From: Nitrospirota bacterium
GTDB taxonomy: Bacteria; Nitrospirota; UBA9217
Direction of reading: 5' to 3'
Length of the DNA: 64,000 bases
NCBI GenBank assembly: GCA_963749655.1
Contig: CAVVOB010000014.1
Span: 32,001-96,000 of the forward strand
Position 1 is the first letter of the stretch. Each line of letters starts with the position of its first letter. The translations under genes and the position numbers were made by a program. Of this stretch, positions 10,410 through 24,073 are shown one piece after another. The notes below the pieces were generated by a model that saw only the letters and a program-made list of their open reading frames with translations, did not search any database and had not been told where the DNA came from.

Positions 10410-13400
10410 ATGACCACCCCCTTACACATACTGATCGTCGAGGATTCCGAGGACGACACCCTGCTCCTGCTGCGCGAGCTGCGAAGCGGCGGCTATGAAC
10501 CCGTGTTCTGAACGCGTCGACACGCCTGAGGCCATGAAGCAGGCGCTTGCGACGCACGGCGCTGGGACATCATCCTTTCGGACTACCTCATGCCGAAATT
10601 CAGCGGCCTTGCCGCGCTCGCGCTGTTGCAGGAGAGCGGGCTCGACCTTCCCTTCATCATCGTTTCGGGCAACATCGGCGAGGACATCGCCGTGCGGCGC
10701 GATGAGGGCCGGGGCGAACGATTACATCATCAAGGGCAACCTGACCAGGCTCGTCCCGGCCGTGGAACGGGAGCTGCGCGACGTCAGAGGTCCGGCGCGA
10801 GCGGGAGCCAGACCGAGGACCAGCTCAACGAATCGAGACAGCGGCTCTTCGAGACGCTCGAGAACATGAACGAAGGGTTCTTCACGCTCGACCATGAATG
10901 GCGGTTCACCTATGTGAACACGGAAGCGTCGAAGCTCTGGCGGAAGAGACCGCGAAGAACTGATCGGACAGAAGCCTCTGGGACGTGGCGCCCGGCGGCC
11001 GTGGGCACGATCTTCGGCAGCGAGTACCACCGGGCCGTGCAGGGAGCAGACAACCGGTCAGCTTCGAAGCCCTCTCGCCCTGCTCAGGGTATCTGGGTCG
11101 AGGTGCGGGCCTATCCGAGCGACGACGGCCTGGTCGTTTATTTCCACGACATCACCGACCGCAAAAAGTCGCAGGAGCAGATCACCCGGTTGACGCGGCT
11201 GTATTCCGTGCTCAGCAAGGTCAACGAGGCCATCATCCGCATCCACGAGCCGGAAGACACTGTACCAGCGGGTCTGCCGCATCGCCGTCGAGGACGGCGG
11301 CTTCAAGATGGCCTGGATCGGCCTGACCGATCCCGACGACGCGCGAAGTGCGGCCCGGTCGCCAGTTACGGGGATAGCGGCGGATATCTGGACGACATTA
11401 AGGTCTATCGCCGCTGGACGTTCCGGAGGGCAAGGGCCCCACGGGCAGGGCGGTCTCCGAGGGAAACAATGTCATCTGCGCGACATCGAACACGATCCGA
11501 TCATGCGTCCCTGGCGCGACAAGGCCCTGCGGCACGGTTTCCGGTCCTCCGCGGCCTTCCCCCTGCCGGTCCGGCCCGACGGTCATCGGCGCTATTCACC
11601 ATCTATGGCGCGAACCCGCAGTTCTTTACCGACGAGGAAACGACCCTGCTCACGTCCCTGGCCGAGGACGTCTCCTTTGCCCTCGATGCCATGGCCAACG
11701 AAAAAAAGCGGAAAGCGGCCGAACAACGCACCGAGCTCATGAACGCGCTGCTGGGCTTGTTCACGCGCAAAGTCACGCGCCACGAGTACCTCGACGCGGC
11801 CTGCACCATGATCCGCGACTGGAGCGGCTTCCAGCATGTGGGCATCCGCATCGAGGACCCCGACCGCCGGATCCCTTTCGAATCCTGCGAGGGATACAAC
11901 GAAGCGTTTCTGGAAGAGGAAGGGAACCTTTCTCTGGCCCACGACCACTGCATCTGCACCCGCGTCATCGCGGGAACGCCTGAGCCGCCCGACCGCGCAG
12001 CCATGACGCCGAACGGGTCCTTTTACTCGGGCGATACGACTGCGTTCCTGTCGTGCCTGGACCAGGAGCAGCGGACGCGGTACCGCGGCGTCTGCATGCG
12101 GTACGGATTCAACTCCCTTGCCGTGGTCCCGATCCGCTACCGGGAAACCCCGATCGGCGCGATCCATCTCGCCGACGAACGGCAGGGTCTGGCTCCCCGG
12201 ACCTCGGTCGTGTTCCTCGAACAGCTGGCGCACATCATCGGCGAGGCCGTCTTCCGCTTCGGGATCGAGGACGAGCTCCGGGCCAATTATGCCAGTCTCC
12301 AGAAGACCTCAGAACTCCTGGAGAAGATCTTCTCTACGACCCACATGCTCGTGGTCTACCTCGACCGTGACTTCAACTTCATTCGCGTCAACCGCGCCTA
12401 TGCCAAGGCCGAGAACAACGAACCGGGTTACTTCATCGGCCGGAACTATTTCGACCTCTGTCCCGACGAGGCGTTGAAAGGGGTGTTCCGCCAGGTCGTT
12501 GAGACCGGCGAGCCCTACTTCGCGACGGAGCGGCCCTTCGAATACGCCGGCAGTCACCCGGGCAGGACGTCGTACTGGGACTGGAGTCTCCTGCCGGTGC
12601 GGGAAGCCGACGGCATGGTGAGCGGCCTGGTGTTCACCCTCGTCGACGTGACGGACCGCAGGTCTGCCGAGGAAAAACTGCGCGAGGCGAACGCCTATAA
12701 CCGGAACCTGATCGAATCGAGCCTGGACCCCCTCGTCACCATCGGCTCCGACGGAACGATCACCGACGTCAATGCCGCCACCGAGATGGCGACGGGCTTT
12801 CTGCGCGAGGAGCTCATCGGCACCGACTTTTCCGAATATTTCACCGAACCGGACAAGGCCCGCGCAGGCTACCAGCAGGTCTTCCGCGAGGGCAAGGTCA
12901 TGGACTACGCCCTGGAGATCCGGCACCGCAGCGGCGGACAACGCCGGTACTGTACAACGCGTCGGTGTACCGCGACGACACGGGGCAGGTCATCGGCATG
13001 TTCGCCGCCGCCCGCGACATCACGGCGCTGAAAAAAACGCAGGAAGAGCGGGCCCGCCTGGCCTCGGCGGTGGAATCCACGGCCGACGCCGTGGTGATCA
13101 CCGACGGCGATACGGGACGGATCCAGTACGTGAACCCCGCCTTCGAGCAGATCACGGGATACCCGGGAAGAGGCGCTGGGCCGCAGCATCCATATCCTCG
13201 ACAGCGGCAAGCACGACGCGGACTTCTACGGGAAGCTCCGGGAGACGCTCGGCACCAACGGCGTCTGGCGGGGCCAGCTCGTGAGCAAGAAAAAGGACGG
13301 CACCCTCTACTTCGAGGACTGCACCTTCTCGCCGGTCCGGGACGAAGCGGGCGAGATCATCAACTTCATCTCGGTGAAGCGCGACGTGACGGAGAAGCTC

Positions 13401-14101
13401 CGGCTCGAATCCATCGCCGAGTCCGTGAACACCATGAACAACATCGGCTATGTGTTCTCCGGCGTGCGGCACGAGATCGGCAACCCCATCAATTCGGCCA
13501 AGATGAGCCTGAGCGTCCTGCAGCACAAGCTGGACACCGCCTCCGAAGGAGGCCGTCAAGGACTACGTGGACAGGGCGCTGGGCGAGATCGGCCGGGTGG
13601 AGCATGCTGCTCAAGAACCTGAGGAACTACAACCTCTACGAAAAGCCGGAGCTCGAAGAATCTGAACGATGGCACTTTCTTGCGAGAATTCCTGCAGCCT
13701 GGTCACGGAGGATTTCAGAAAAAAGGCATTGCGATCAGCCATGACGTCCACCCCGGCGCCGAGTGGGCGATGGCGGACCCGCGCGCGCTGCAGCAGGTGC
13801 TGCTGAACCTCATGACGAACGCGGCCGACGCCTTGCGGGCAGGCGCCGACCCGGCGATCACCGTCGCGCTCGAGCAGAAAGTACGGCAGGGTCCTGCTCC
13901 AGATCTCGGACAACGGCTGCGGCATGACGGAAAAACAGCAGCAGGACCTGTTCAAGCCCTTTTACACTTCCAAAAAGCACGGAACAGGGCTCGGCCTGGT
14001 GATCGTCAAAAAGATGCTGAGCCGGATGAACGGCGAGATCGAGATCACGAGCATGAAGGACCAGGGAACGACCGTAGACATCTCTTTGCCGGAGGGGACA
14101 C

Positions 14102-14118
<17 letters not shown>
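10410..14118 (+). CDS. Receiver-PAS-GAF-GAF-PAS-PAS-PAS histidine kinase; many frameshifts
   Basis: Starts MTTPLHILIVEDSEDD; fragments give PAS/GAF domains, H-box RHEIGNPIN, LQQVLLNLMTNA and FKPFYTSKKHGTGLGL. Confidence 0.8.
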
Positions 14119-15468
<1,350 letters not shown>

Positions 15469-15472
15469 TCGA

Positions 15473-15499
15473 CCGTCCAAAATGACCCGTCCAGAATGA
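15473..15499. promoter_or_regulatory. Candidate upstream activator site (direct repeat)
   Basis: CCGTCCAAAATGA / CCGTCCAGAATGA, 14-bp period, 75-100 bp upstream of a sigma54 motif. Confidence 0.4.
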
Positions 15500-15573
15500 G
15501 CACAATTTCACTCCTCTTTCAATCCGCCGTTTTTAACACTTTGATTTAACGCGCCATTTTTTTTGCCCTTTTC

Positions 15574-15589
15574 TGGCATTTTCCTTGCT
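15574..15589 (+). promoter_or_regulatory. Sigma54 (-24/-12) promoter
   Basis: TGGCAT-TTTCC-TTGCT fits TGGCAC-N5-TTGCW with correct GG-N10-GC spacing, 40 bp before the ATG at 15630. Confidence 0.75.
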
Positions 15590-15629
15590 TAATAGATACT
15601 TAATTAATGCGCAAAAAGGGGCAAACATC

Positions 15630-15990
15630 ATGATAGATGTGCTGTTGATCGACGACGAAAAACATTTTCTCCGGGACCTCGCCGAGGGGCTCCGTATCCA
15701 TTCAAAAAAATTGAACGTCATTACCGCGGAAAACGGGGCAACAGCGCTCGAAATGCTGAAGACCGTTGTGGTGGACGTTGTCGTGACGGACCTGAACATG
15801 CCGGGCATGGACGGCTATGAGCTTATGCAACGGCTGCAGAAGCTCCGCCCGTCGGTGCCCGTCATCGTCATGTCAGCTTATGCCCGATCGAGCGTTGACC
15901 AGCGGCTGCAGGGTATTCGCCTTGCCGAGTATATCGAGAAACCGCTGGACCTCGAGCAGGGTCGCAGAAGCGATCCTCGCCGCTGCCTGA
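15630..15990 (+). CDS. Single-domain response regulator; frameshift near the 3' end
   Basis: VLLIDDE, VTDLNMPGMDG, IVMSAY, EKP. Confidence 0.85.
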
Positions 15991-16114
15991 AGGAAACAGA
16001 ACAAGGGACGCGCCGGTCAGGCAGGTCCGGGAAAGAACGACACGATCCCGGACACCGACGACTGACGCCTCGGCGGTTCTGCAGCGGCACCTAATGCTGT
16101 ACCAAGGAGGAACC

Positions 16115-17118
16115 ATGATGACCAGAACGGCACTAGCATATGATGAAGAACAGGCACAGGACCAGTTCAGCACCGACGAATGGCTCGATGCCGATGAGCT
16201 TGAATACGTCCGCCGACGCTGACGACGATTCACACCATGAGAATGCGGCACCGGTTCATGCCCGCCGCAGCCGCGAGAATGCATCGGAAGATCTCGATAC
16301 GATCAAGATGTACCTGAAGGAAATCCGTATTTCGAAGCTCCTTTCCTTTGAAGAGGAACAGGCCCTGGCCAAACGCGTCCAGGCAGGCGACCCGGAAGCG
16401 CGCAAACACATGATCGAGTCGAACCTCCGGCTCGTGGTGGCCATCGGCAAGCGCTACATCAACCGGGGCCTTCCCTTTTCCGACATTATCGAGGAAGGGA
16501 ACCTCGGCCTCATCAGGGCCGTCGAAAAGTTCGAGTATCAGCGGGGCTTCAAATTCAGCACCTATGCCTCCTGGTGGATCAGGCAGGCCATCGAACGCGC
16601 CATCGCGAACCAGGTCCGCATCATCCGTCTGCCGGTCCATGTGGCCGAGCGGGCCAACTCCTACCTGCGCACGGTCAGGAAGACTGACGCAGCTCCTGGG
16701 TCGCGAGCCCTCCAACGAGGAGATCGCAAAAAAGATGCGCCTCAGCGTACAGCGCGTCCGGGCGCTCTCCCAGGTGACGCGGGACACCTATTCACTCGAC
16801 ATGCTCATCAGCAGCGAGGGCGAGGACACGCTGCAGGACGTGCTCAAGGACGAAAACACCCCCGATCCTTCCACGTCGATCAACGATCGCCTGCGGCGCC
16901 AGCACCTGAACAACTGGATAGCCGAGCTTCCGCTGCCGGAACGCAATATAATCGCAATGCGCTACGGCCTGGACAATCGGCCGCCCCGCACCCTGGACAA
17001 TATCGGCAGGCAGTTCGGCATTACGCGCGAGCGGGTGAGGCAGATCGAGAGTCAGGCCATCCGCAAGCTCCGGGAGTATACGCGGATCAGGAACATCGAT
17101 ATGAGCGATATGCTGTAA
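16115..17118 (+). CDS. Sigma-70 family RNA polymerase sigma factor (RpoS/RpoD-like, no region 1.1); frameshifts near 16215 and 16682
   Basis: [56 protein letters not shown]; RBS AGGAGG before ATG 16115. Confidence 0.88.
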
Positions 17119-17159
17119 TTTCCTTGCGCACGTCCGGACGCATCGGCGACGGAGACATC

Positions 17160-17573
17160 ATGAAAAGCCAACTTCTTGAAGAGCGCACAGCGCCGGAAGC
17201 ATACAGAAAATTCGAAAAAACCGTTCTCGTCGTCGACGACAACGACGTCTTTCGGTCCATTCTGGCCGAATGGCTCAAGCTCATCGACGCTGAGCTCACG
17301 GTTCTTACGGCGGAGAACGGCAGCCAGGCGGTTTCGGTGCTGAACACCGCGGAGGTGGACCTGGTCATAACCGATCTGCGGATGCCGGTCATGGACGGAT
17401 CGGAGCTCACGCTCTGGCTGTCCGAATCAAAGCCGGCAACGCCGGTCATCGTCATGAGCGCCTTCTCCGACTTCGACACCCTCCTCCGTCTTGAATCGCA
17501 GGGGAGTTATTTTTTCGACAAACCGCTGGATTATCGCAGCCTCGCGAACACGGTCCGCGCCCTCCTTGACTGA
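17160..17573 (+). CDS. Single-domain response regulator
   Basis: [26 protein letters not shown]. Confidence 0.88.
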   Translation: MKSQLLEERTAPEAYRKFEKTVLVVDDNDVFRSILAEWLKLIDAELTVLTAENGSQAVSVLNTAEVDLVITDLRMPVMDGSELTLWLSESKPATPVIVMSAFSDFDTLLRLESQGSYFFDKPLDYRSLANTVRALLD

Positions 17574-17738
17574 GGGCGCGGTCAAGCGTTGAAGCCAGCG
17601 AACAGCGAAGGAGCCCAGGATCACACGTGCCAAGTGGTTCCTGGTCTTGATTTACGCTTGGACGTATCCGTGTTCATCCGTGGTCAAATCGCTTTTCGTC
17701 TGTCGTTCCCACTGCCGTTTATGCCGAAAGGACCGGAC

Positions 17739-18152
17739 ATGAAGAACATCCTCCTTGCCGAAGACAACGTGCTTGTTCGAGAAACCCTGGCGTATGCAAT
17801 GCAGGTCAGCGTACCGGAATGCGCGATCCTCAAGGCCACGAACGGCCGCGAAGGCATGGACATCCTGGAGCGAGGGCATGTGGACCTCGTGCTGACGGAC
17901 CTCGAGATGCCCGGCGCAGACGGCTATGAGCTTATCGCCTACCGGAACACGCACTGCCCCGCCGTTCCCCTCCTGGTCATGACCTGCGATACCTCCCCGG
18001 CCGTTCTCAGAAAACTGAGCGCTCTGGGCGTGACCGAGTGTCTTGAAAAACCGTTCAACTATGAGTCGACCTTTCGCCTGATCGCAAACAAGCTCTGTCG
18101 CCGTGATCAGACCGCAGCCGGGCAGCCCCCGGAGCCGTGCGCCAACGCCTGA
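17739..18152 (+). CDS. Single-domain response regulator
   Basis: ILLAEDN, LTDLEMPGADG, LEKPF. Confidence 0.85.
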   Translation: MKNILLAEDNVLVRETLAYAMQVSVPECAILKATNGREGMDILERGHVDLVLTDLEMPGADGYELIAYRNTHCPAVPLLVMTCDTSPAVLRKLSALGVTECLEKPFNYESTFRLIANKLCRRDQTAAGQPPEPCANA

Positions 18153-18315
18153 AAACCCCGTCTTTGAAACCTCCTCCCCCGGCCCCCCCTTCCGGAAATA
18201 GCTTACCTCGCCTGCGCTCTTCTGATATAATGAAGGCACGTTGAATTTAAGACGTCCTGCGCCGCCGTCCGCCGGCAATCATGCTGCAGAAGAAATCACC
18301 TGTCCAGGAGTTCTC

Positions 18316-20990
18316 ATGTCCGAATCACAGATGCAAAAAAAACACACAACGATCTTGTTGAAGGACTACCGCATTCCCGACTATCGCATCGAGACCGTGA
18401 ACCTCGAGTTCGAGCTCGACGAAACGCGGACCCGCGTCACGATCGCTCCTGACCGTGGTCTGCAACCAGAGCGCCTGCGAGGGCATCCACCCCCTGGTCC
18501 TGAACGGCAGGGACCTGAAGCTCACGGCCGATCAAGCTCGACGGCCAGCCGCTGCGCGAGCAGGACTACCGGCTCGATGCGGAGTCGCTCACGATCCTGC
18601 CCGTGCCCGACCGGTTCATCCTCGAGATCGAGACCGAGATCAATCCCGCCGCGAACACGGAGCTGTCCGGCCTCTATCTTTCGGGCGGCAACTTCTGCAC
18701 CCAGTGCGAGGCCGAGGGCTTCCGCAAGATCACCTATTATCCCGACCGGCCCGATGTCATGGCGCGCTTCTTCACCACCATCATTGCCGACAAGAAGAAG
18801 TATCCCGTGCTGCTCTCGAACGGCGAACCTCATCGATTCGGGCGACCTCAAGGACGGGCAGGCATTTCGCCAAGTGGCACGACCCGTTTCCCAAGCCCGC
18901 ATACCTCTTTGCGCTCGTGGCAGGCGACCTGGCGCGCATCCGCGATTCCTTTACGACCATGTCCGGAAGGAACGGTGGACCTGAACATCTATCGTCCAGC
19001 ACCACAACAAGGACAAGTGCGGCCATGCCATGGAGTCGCTCAAGCTGGCCATGAAATGGGACGAGGAGACCTACGGCAGGGAGTACGACCTCGACACCTT
19101 CATGATCGTGGCGGTGGACGATTTCAACATGGGCGCCATGGAGAACAAGGGCCTGAACGTCTTCAACTCGAAATACATCCTCGCCAGACCCGAGACCGCC
19201 ACGGACGGCGACTACCAGGGCATCATGGGCGTGGTGGGCCACGAGTATTTCCACAACTGGTCCGGCGACCGCGTCACCTGCCGCGACTGGTTCCAGCTTT
19301 CGCTCAAGGAAGGCTTTACCGTGTTCCGGGACCAGCACTTCATGGAGGACATGACCTCGCGCGGGCGTGAAGCGCATCAGCGACGTGAACATCCTGCGCA
19401 CCCACCAGTTCCGCGAGGACGCGGGCCCCATGGCGCACCCGGTGCGGCCCGAATCCTACGTCGAGATCAACAATTTCTACACGCTGACGGTCTACAACAA
19501 GGGCGCCGAAGTGATCCGCATGCTGAGGACCATCCTCGGCCCCCAGGGCTTCCGCAAGGGCACGGACCTCTACTTTTCCCGCCACGACGGACAGGCGGTC
19601 ACGACCGACGATTTCGTGAAGGCCATGGAGGACGCGACGCGGCGCCGATCTCACCCAGTTCAAGCTCTGGTACTCCCAGGCAGGCACGCCGGAGCTGTCG
19701 GTGACGCGGCGCTACGACCCGAAGGCGAAGGACCTACACGCTGACCTTCCAGCAGACCTGTCCTCCCACGCCGGGCCAGCCTGGAAAAGAAGCCGATGCA
19801 CATCCCCGTTGCCGTCGGCCTGCTCGGGAAGGACGGGAAGGACCTGTGAGTTGAAAATCGACAAAGGGACGGGGGTACAGGGCGATGGGGGGACGAAAGT
19901 GCTGGAGCTGAAAGAGGCTGAACGAGACTTTTGTGTTCATCGATGTCCCGCACGAACCGGTCCCGTCGATCCTGCGGCACTTCTCTGCCCCGGTCAAAGT
20001 GAAGCTCGACCTGACCGACGAAGACCGGCTGTTCCTCATGGCCAATGACTCCGACGAATTCAACCGCTGGGACGCGGGCCAGCAGCTTGCGGTCAGACTG
20101 ATCCTCGACCTGGTGAAGGACTATCAAGAAGGGAAGCAGCTTGCACTCGACAATCTCTTTATCGACGCCTTCAGGAAAACGCTCGAAAGCAACATGGAGG
20201 ACCAGGCGTTCCAGGCCTTTGCGCTCGCCCTTCCGGCGGAGAGCTATCTTGTCCGATTTCATGGAGGTGATCGACCCGACGGCGATCCATGAGGCGAAAA
20301 AATTCGTCCAGCAGACGCTGGCTGTCGCCCTGAAGGAATCCTTCCTTGCCGTATACCGGGCGAATGCCGACAACGGACCCTACCGGCCCGACCAGGTGTC
20401 CGTCGGCAAGCGCAGCCTCAAGAACACCTGCCTCGCCTACCTGAGCGAGCTCGAGGACGCCGATGTGCGCGAGCTCTGCGTGAAACAGTTCAGGAGCGGC
20501 GGAAACATGACCGACGTCATGTCGGCGCTGGTGAGCCTTGCGAACGCGGAATGCCGCGAGCGGGAGGACGCCCTCGCCTCGTTTTACAAGCAATGGAAGG
20601 ACGATCCCCTCGTCATGGACAAGTGGCTCGCGATCCAGGCCACCTCGCGGCTCGAGAATACGCTCGATACGGTGAAGAAGCTCACGAGCCATCCGGCGTT
20701 CAATATCAAGAATCCGAACAAGGTCCGCTCCCTCATCGGCGCCTTTGCCTCGAACGCGGTCCGGTTCCACGATCCCCGGGGCGCGGGCTACGCCTTCCTG
20801 GCGGACCACGTGCTCGCGATCGATGCCTTCAACCCCCAGATCGCGGCGCGGCTGGTGTCAGTCTTTCACGATGTGGAAGCGGTACGACGAGAAGCGGAAA
20901 AAGCTCATGAAGGAGCAGCTCGATCGCATGATGAAGGCGCCGAAGCTCTCGAAGGACGTCTACGAGGTCGTGTCGAAAAGCCTGGCGTAA
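18316..20990 (+). CDS. pepN: Aminopeptidase N (M1 family); multiple frameshifts
   Basis: [62 protein letters not shown]. Confidence 0.93.
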
Positions 20991-21007
20991 GCAGCCGTGC
21001 AAAAAAT

Positions 21008-21331
21008 CGTCATTCCCCACTCCTTGTGAAAGATTATGATGCTGGGCAAACTGCCGGCCTGCCCCGACCTGTCGGGGGAATAGTAGTGGAGCCCCCTCCG
21101 GCATCCCGACCTGTCGGGACTAAAATTGACGCGACCTCCCGCCTGCACCCGGCGTTTACGAGTGCGGATGCAAGGAGTGCCAGGTGGAACTGCTCACTCG
21201 CGCATGCGTGACACGTTCGTGTCACGCGCGAGTGAGCGCTTTCCACCCCCGGCAGGAGCCGGGGGATGCCAAGGCGCGGGATTGCCGCATAACGCCCTGC
21301 AAATGATGATTCCCGGCAAGCGGGAATGACG
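21008..21331. other. Highly structured intergenic region with nested palindromes
   Basis: Outer CGTCATTCCC / GGGAATGACG; two CCCGACCTGTCGGG palindromes; long hairpin 21183-21247. Confidence 0.6.
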
Positions 21332-21471
21332 TCAAAAACTGCAATCACGACATTTTACGGAGCCACAGGTATTAGTTGCTTCAACAGAGATAATCCATCC
21401 TTCTCTCAATCTCCCCCTTGAAGGCGGTGAAGCATTTTCCCTCCGGCGACAAAACCCCTCAACCTTGTTCT

Positions 21472-23037
21472 TCATTGGCTCTTGCCGTCCTCGGAAACGA
21501 ACCGGAAGGAGTTCATGAACCTGTCGTCATCGGCCGTAAACATCATATTCTTGGGGCCGACGGCCGCTACCTTGTAAACACGGCCGTCCTTCAGATACAT
21601 TCTGAGCCTCATGACTGATTCTGCGTTCTCGATGTGCAGCTCTCTTGCGGGACAGGGCGCGCTGGTCAGGGTCGCCCGGCTCGCGAGCGTTCCCTTGAAA
21701 TTTTCAATGTCCGCCGAGCCCGCGCTGTCCAAAACGACATCAGGCGTTTTCATTTTCTCCAGAAGCTTCGCCGGGTAATCGGCGTACTGCACGGAGTAGT
21801 GTTCCTTTACATCGTCGCGTTTGAGTTCGAAACGGTACACAATCATGTTGCCCGCGCTGGTCTGGGCGTTTTCCTGAGAGGCTGCCGGCGTACCGGGCAG
21901 TTGGACACTGAAACGCGCTCCCGGCGGCGTGATATCCAGCCACGCTGCAACAGTGTCGCGAGCGGCGATAATTTGTCCGTCAGACGTTGTCAGTTTGAAG
22001 GATGAAAGGAACCGCTCCACGTCATCGCTCTGAATCTGTCCCTTCTGCCGGTTGGCGATCATGTGATAGAAACGACCGTTTACCAGGAACATAACGGCCC
22101 GGAAGGCGTCCTGATCATTTTCAGCGTGAACCTCTTTGCCGGGCCAGCTTCCCAAAAAAATAACCTTTTCGCTCACCAGCTTCCCTTTGAGATCGGCGAC
22201 CCCTGAATCGGTAACTCTTTGGTAGAGGGTATAAACGTCCGCACTGCCGCTTACAGCCTCCGGCAGGTCGTAGTAGAGAACGGCATAGCTGATTTTCGAT
22301 GACATTTGAACGCTGTAGGATTGTACCTGTATAGTTCCGGCTCCGCCCTCCAGAGAAATCGTCTTTGAATTCCTGACCGGTTCGCCGGGCATCGAAATTC
22401 GGAAACCGGCGCCATCAGGCGCGACATCCCGCCAGTCAGCGGCCTTGGCAATGTCCGCTGCGGGAAAAAGATTCGTCTGGCCTTTCTTGCCTATGAAGAT
22501 CAGCGCTGTCAGAGCTCCGGCAACAAGACATGCGGCAACGACAGGCTTCCAGGCAAGCCCGTCGCCGTCGGTCTCCTTGTCCTTATGATAGGCGAATGTG
22601 CCCCTTACGCCATTGAACAGGAAGTAGCCGAAGATCGCTGCCGCGCCTAATCCCGTATATTTACCCGTTTCTATTGTCATGAGGATCTTGCTGATGATGA
22701 AGTAGAAAAACAGCAGCAAGGCAGCAGTCCTGTTCTTTTTGTAGACACCGAACGAAAGAAGAAAAATGAAGGCCACGTCGAGGAGGTCCCAGGCCGTATG
22801 ACTCAGGACCGGATAGCCCCACAGTGCGGCGATCACAAAGGCCAGGGTGACAAAACCAATGAATGTTCCCAGCTGCCAGGCCTGCCGGATGGCTTTTTCC
22901 GTTGCCTCCGAGTCGCCGTCGTCCGTGGACTGCTCGTCAGCGGGCAGGTCCGGCTGTTTTGAGGGCGTCTCTCTGGACCGGGACATCCGTTCGGCTTTCC
23001 AGCGTTCGTATTCATCACGGCTGTTGAATTGGGACAT
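21472..23037 (-). CDS. Hypothetical membrane protein with a duplicated extracytoplasmic domain
   Basis: About 5 TM segments followed by two similar units (W.D..P.GA.F....PG.P ... RF..SF). Confidence 0.7.
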   Translation of the reverse strand: MSQFNSRDEYERWKAERMSRSRETPSKQPDLPADEQSTDDGDSEATEKAIRQAWQLGTFIGFVTLAFVIAALWGYPVLSHTAWDLLDVAFIFLLSFGVYKKNRTAALLLFFYFIISKILMTIETGKYTGLGAAAIFGYFLFNGVRGTFAYHKDKETDGDGLAWKPVVAACLVAGALTALIFIGKKGQTNLFPAADIAKAADWRDVAPDGAGFRISMPGEPVRNSKTISLEGGAGTIQVQSYSVQMSSKISYAVLYYDLPEAVSGSADVYTLYQRVTDSGVADLKGKLVSEKVIFLGSWPGKEVHAENDQDAFRAVMFLVNGRFYHMIANRQKGQIQSDDVERFLSSFKLTTSDGQIIAARDTVAAWLDITPPGARFSVQLPGTPAASQENAQTSAGNMIVYRFELKRDDVKEHYSVQYADYPAKLLEKMKTPDVVLDSAGSADIENFKGTLASRATLTSAPCPARELHIENAESVMRLRMYLKDGRVYKVAAVGPKNMMFTADDDRFMNSFRFVSEDGKSQ

Positions 23038-23108
23038 TGTAAGTCCTCCGGGTATGGATGGAGCGACCCTGCCGCTGCAGGCGGCACAAGGAACTAGGGC
23101 TTATCGTG

Positions 23109-23576
23109 TTATTTCGATGTTACGCCATGATCGCCCAGAATTTTCCGTATCGCGTTGCTTATGGATTTTGTCTCTGTTCCCTCAAGGATCAGGAACGTCA
23201 CTCTCTTATCGCCGCGAAACATCGGCAGCGTCACGGGTTGCGTGTGAATCTGCCTGGTGGAACCTGGGTCATGGATATCTATGTAAAACCAGATCCCGTC
23301 TGCGTCAGGATTGGGAACGCCGGAAACCCATCCGCCCCGACGTTTTGGCTCATGAGTTTTGAACTCATAGGAAATGCACAACCGGGCAGCGTCTGCGTTG
23401 TCCTTCACGGAAAAATTCTGCAATTGCGGGTACCGGTCCTTCAAAGCCTCGATATCCCGTCCGATGCCGAGGATCGCGTTTTCATGCGTTTCCTGCGCTC
23501 CAGCGAAAACACCGGAAGACAACAGCAGTGCGAAAACACATGCTGTCCCGGCGAAGGTGAACCTATCTGCAGCCAT
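23109..23576 (-). CDS. Hypothetical exported protein
   Basis: RBS AGGAG, signal-peptide-like MAADRFTFAGTACVFALLLSSGVFA. Confidence 0.55.
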   Translation of the reverse strand: MAADRFTFAGTACVFALLLSSGVFAGAQETHENAILGIGRDIEALKDRYPQLQNFSVKDNADAARLCISYEFKTHEPKRRGGWVSGVPNPDADGIWFYIDIHDPGSTRQIHTQPVTLPMFRGDKRVTFLILEGTETKSISNAIRKILGDHGVTSK

Positions 23577-24073
23577 GAAGATCTCCTGGCGAAGGCGGAG
23601 GCGAGGCACGCTTTTCGTGTCAGTCTCGACCTGCACGCTAATGGTTTAGAACATGCTGCCGGTAAGAATTGATTTCCGGTATATAGAAACCTGCCACATC
23701 TTTTGCTGTGTCCCAGGATTTTACTTTAGAGGAGCCCGGGCCGATGCCGGGACTCCAGCCGGGTTCATAGGTGTTAACAAAACATCGCCACAACTATATG
23801 CCTGTCATAGATGCCTGTCAATAATGACAAAAGGGTATTTTTAGGGTAGATAATGGTATGCCGGGGACATCGAAGCATGTCTGCGGGTCGTGTCAAAAAC
23901 TGCTGTAAGCGGACAATCAGGCCGTGGCGCCGCGGCAAAAGACCCCGGTCCTGCCCAAAATCTTCTAAAATCCTTTATACTTGAAGTGAACCCTCCGCGA
24001 CTGCAAGCGGAGCGCTGGTGTTCGCGAAGGGGGACGGATTTCCTCCACGGGGAACCTGCCCAAGGACACAGCC

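Noticed and set aside
16013-16045. SRP RNA-like CAGGTCCGGGAAAGAAC
   Set aside because: Lacks the conserved GGAAGGAAGCAGC loop motif.
16086-16100. Second sigma54 motif CGGCACCTAATGCT
   Set aside because: GG-GC spacing is 8 nt rather than the required 10.
21040-21185. c-di-GMP-I riboswitch call
   Set aside because: Only partial motif similarity, no GNRA tetraloop/receptor and no downstream sense gene; kept only as a hypothesis in findings.
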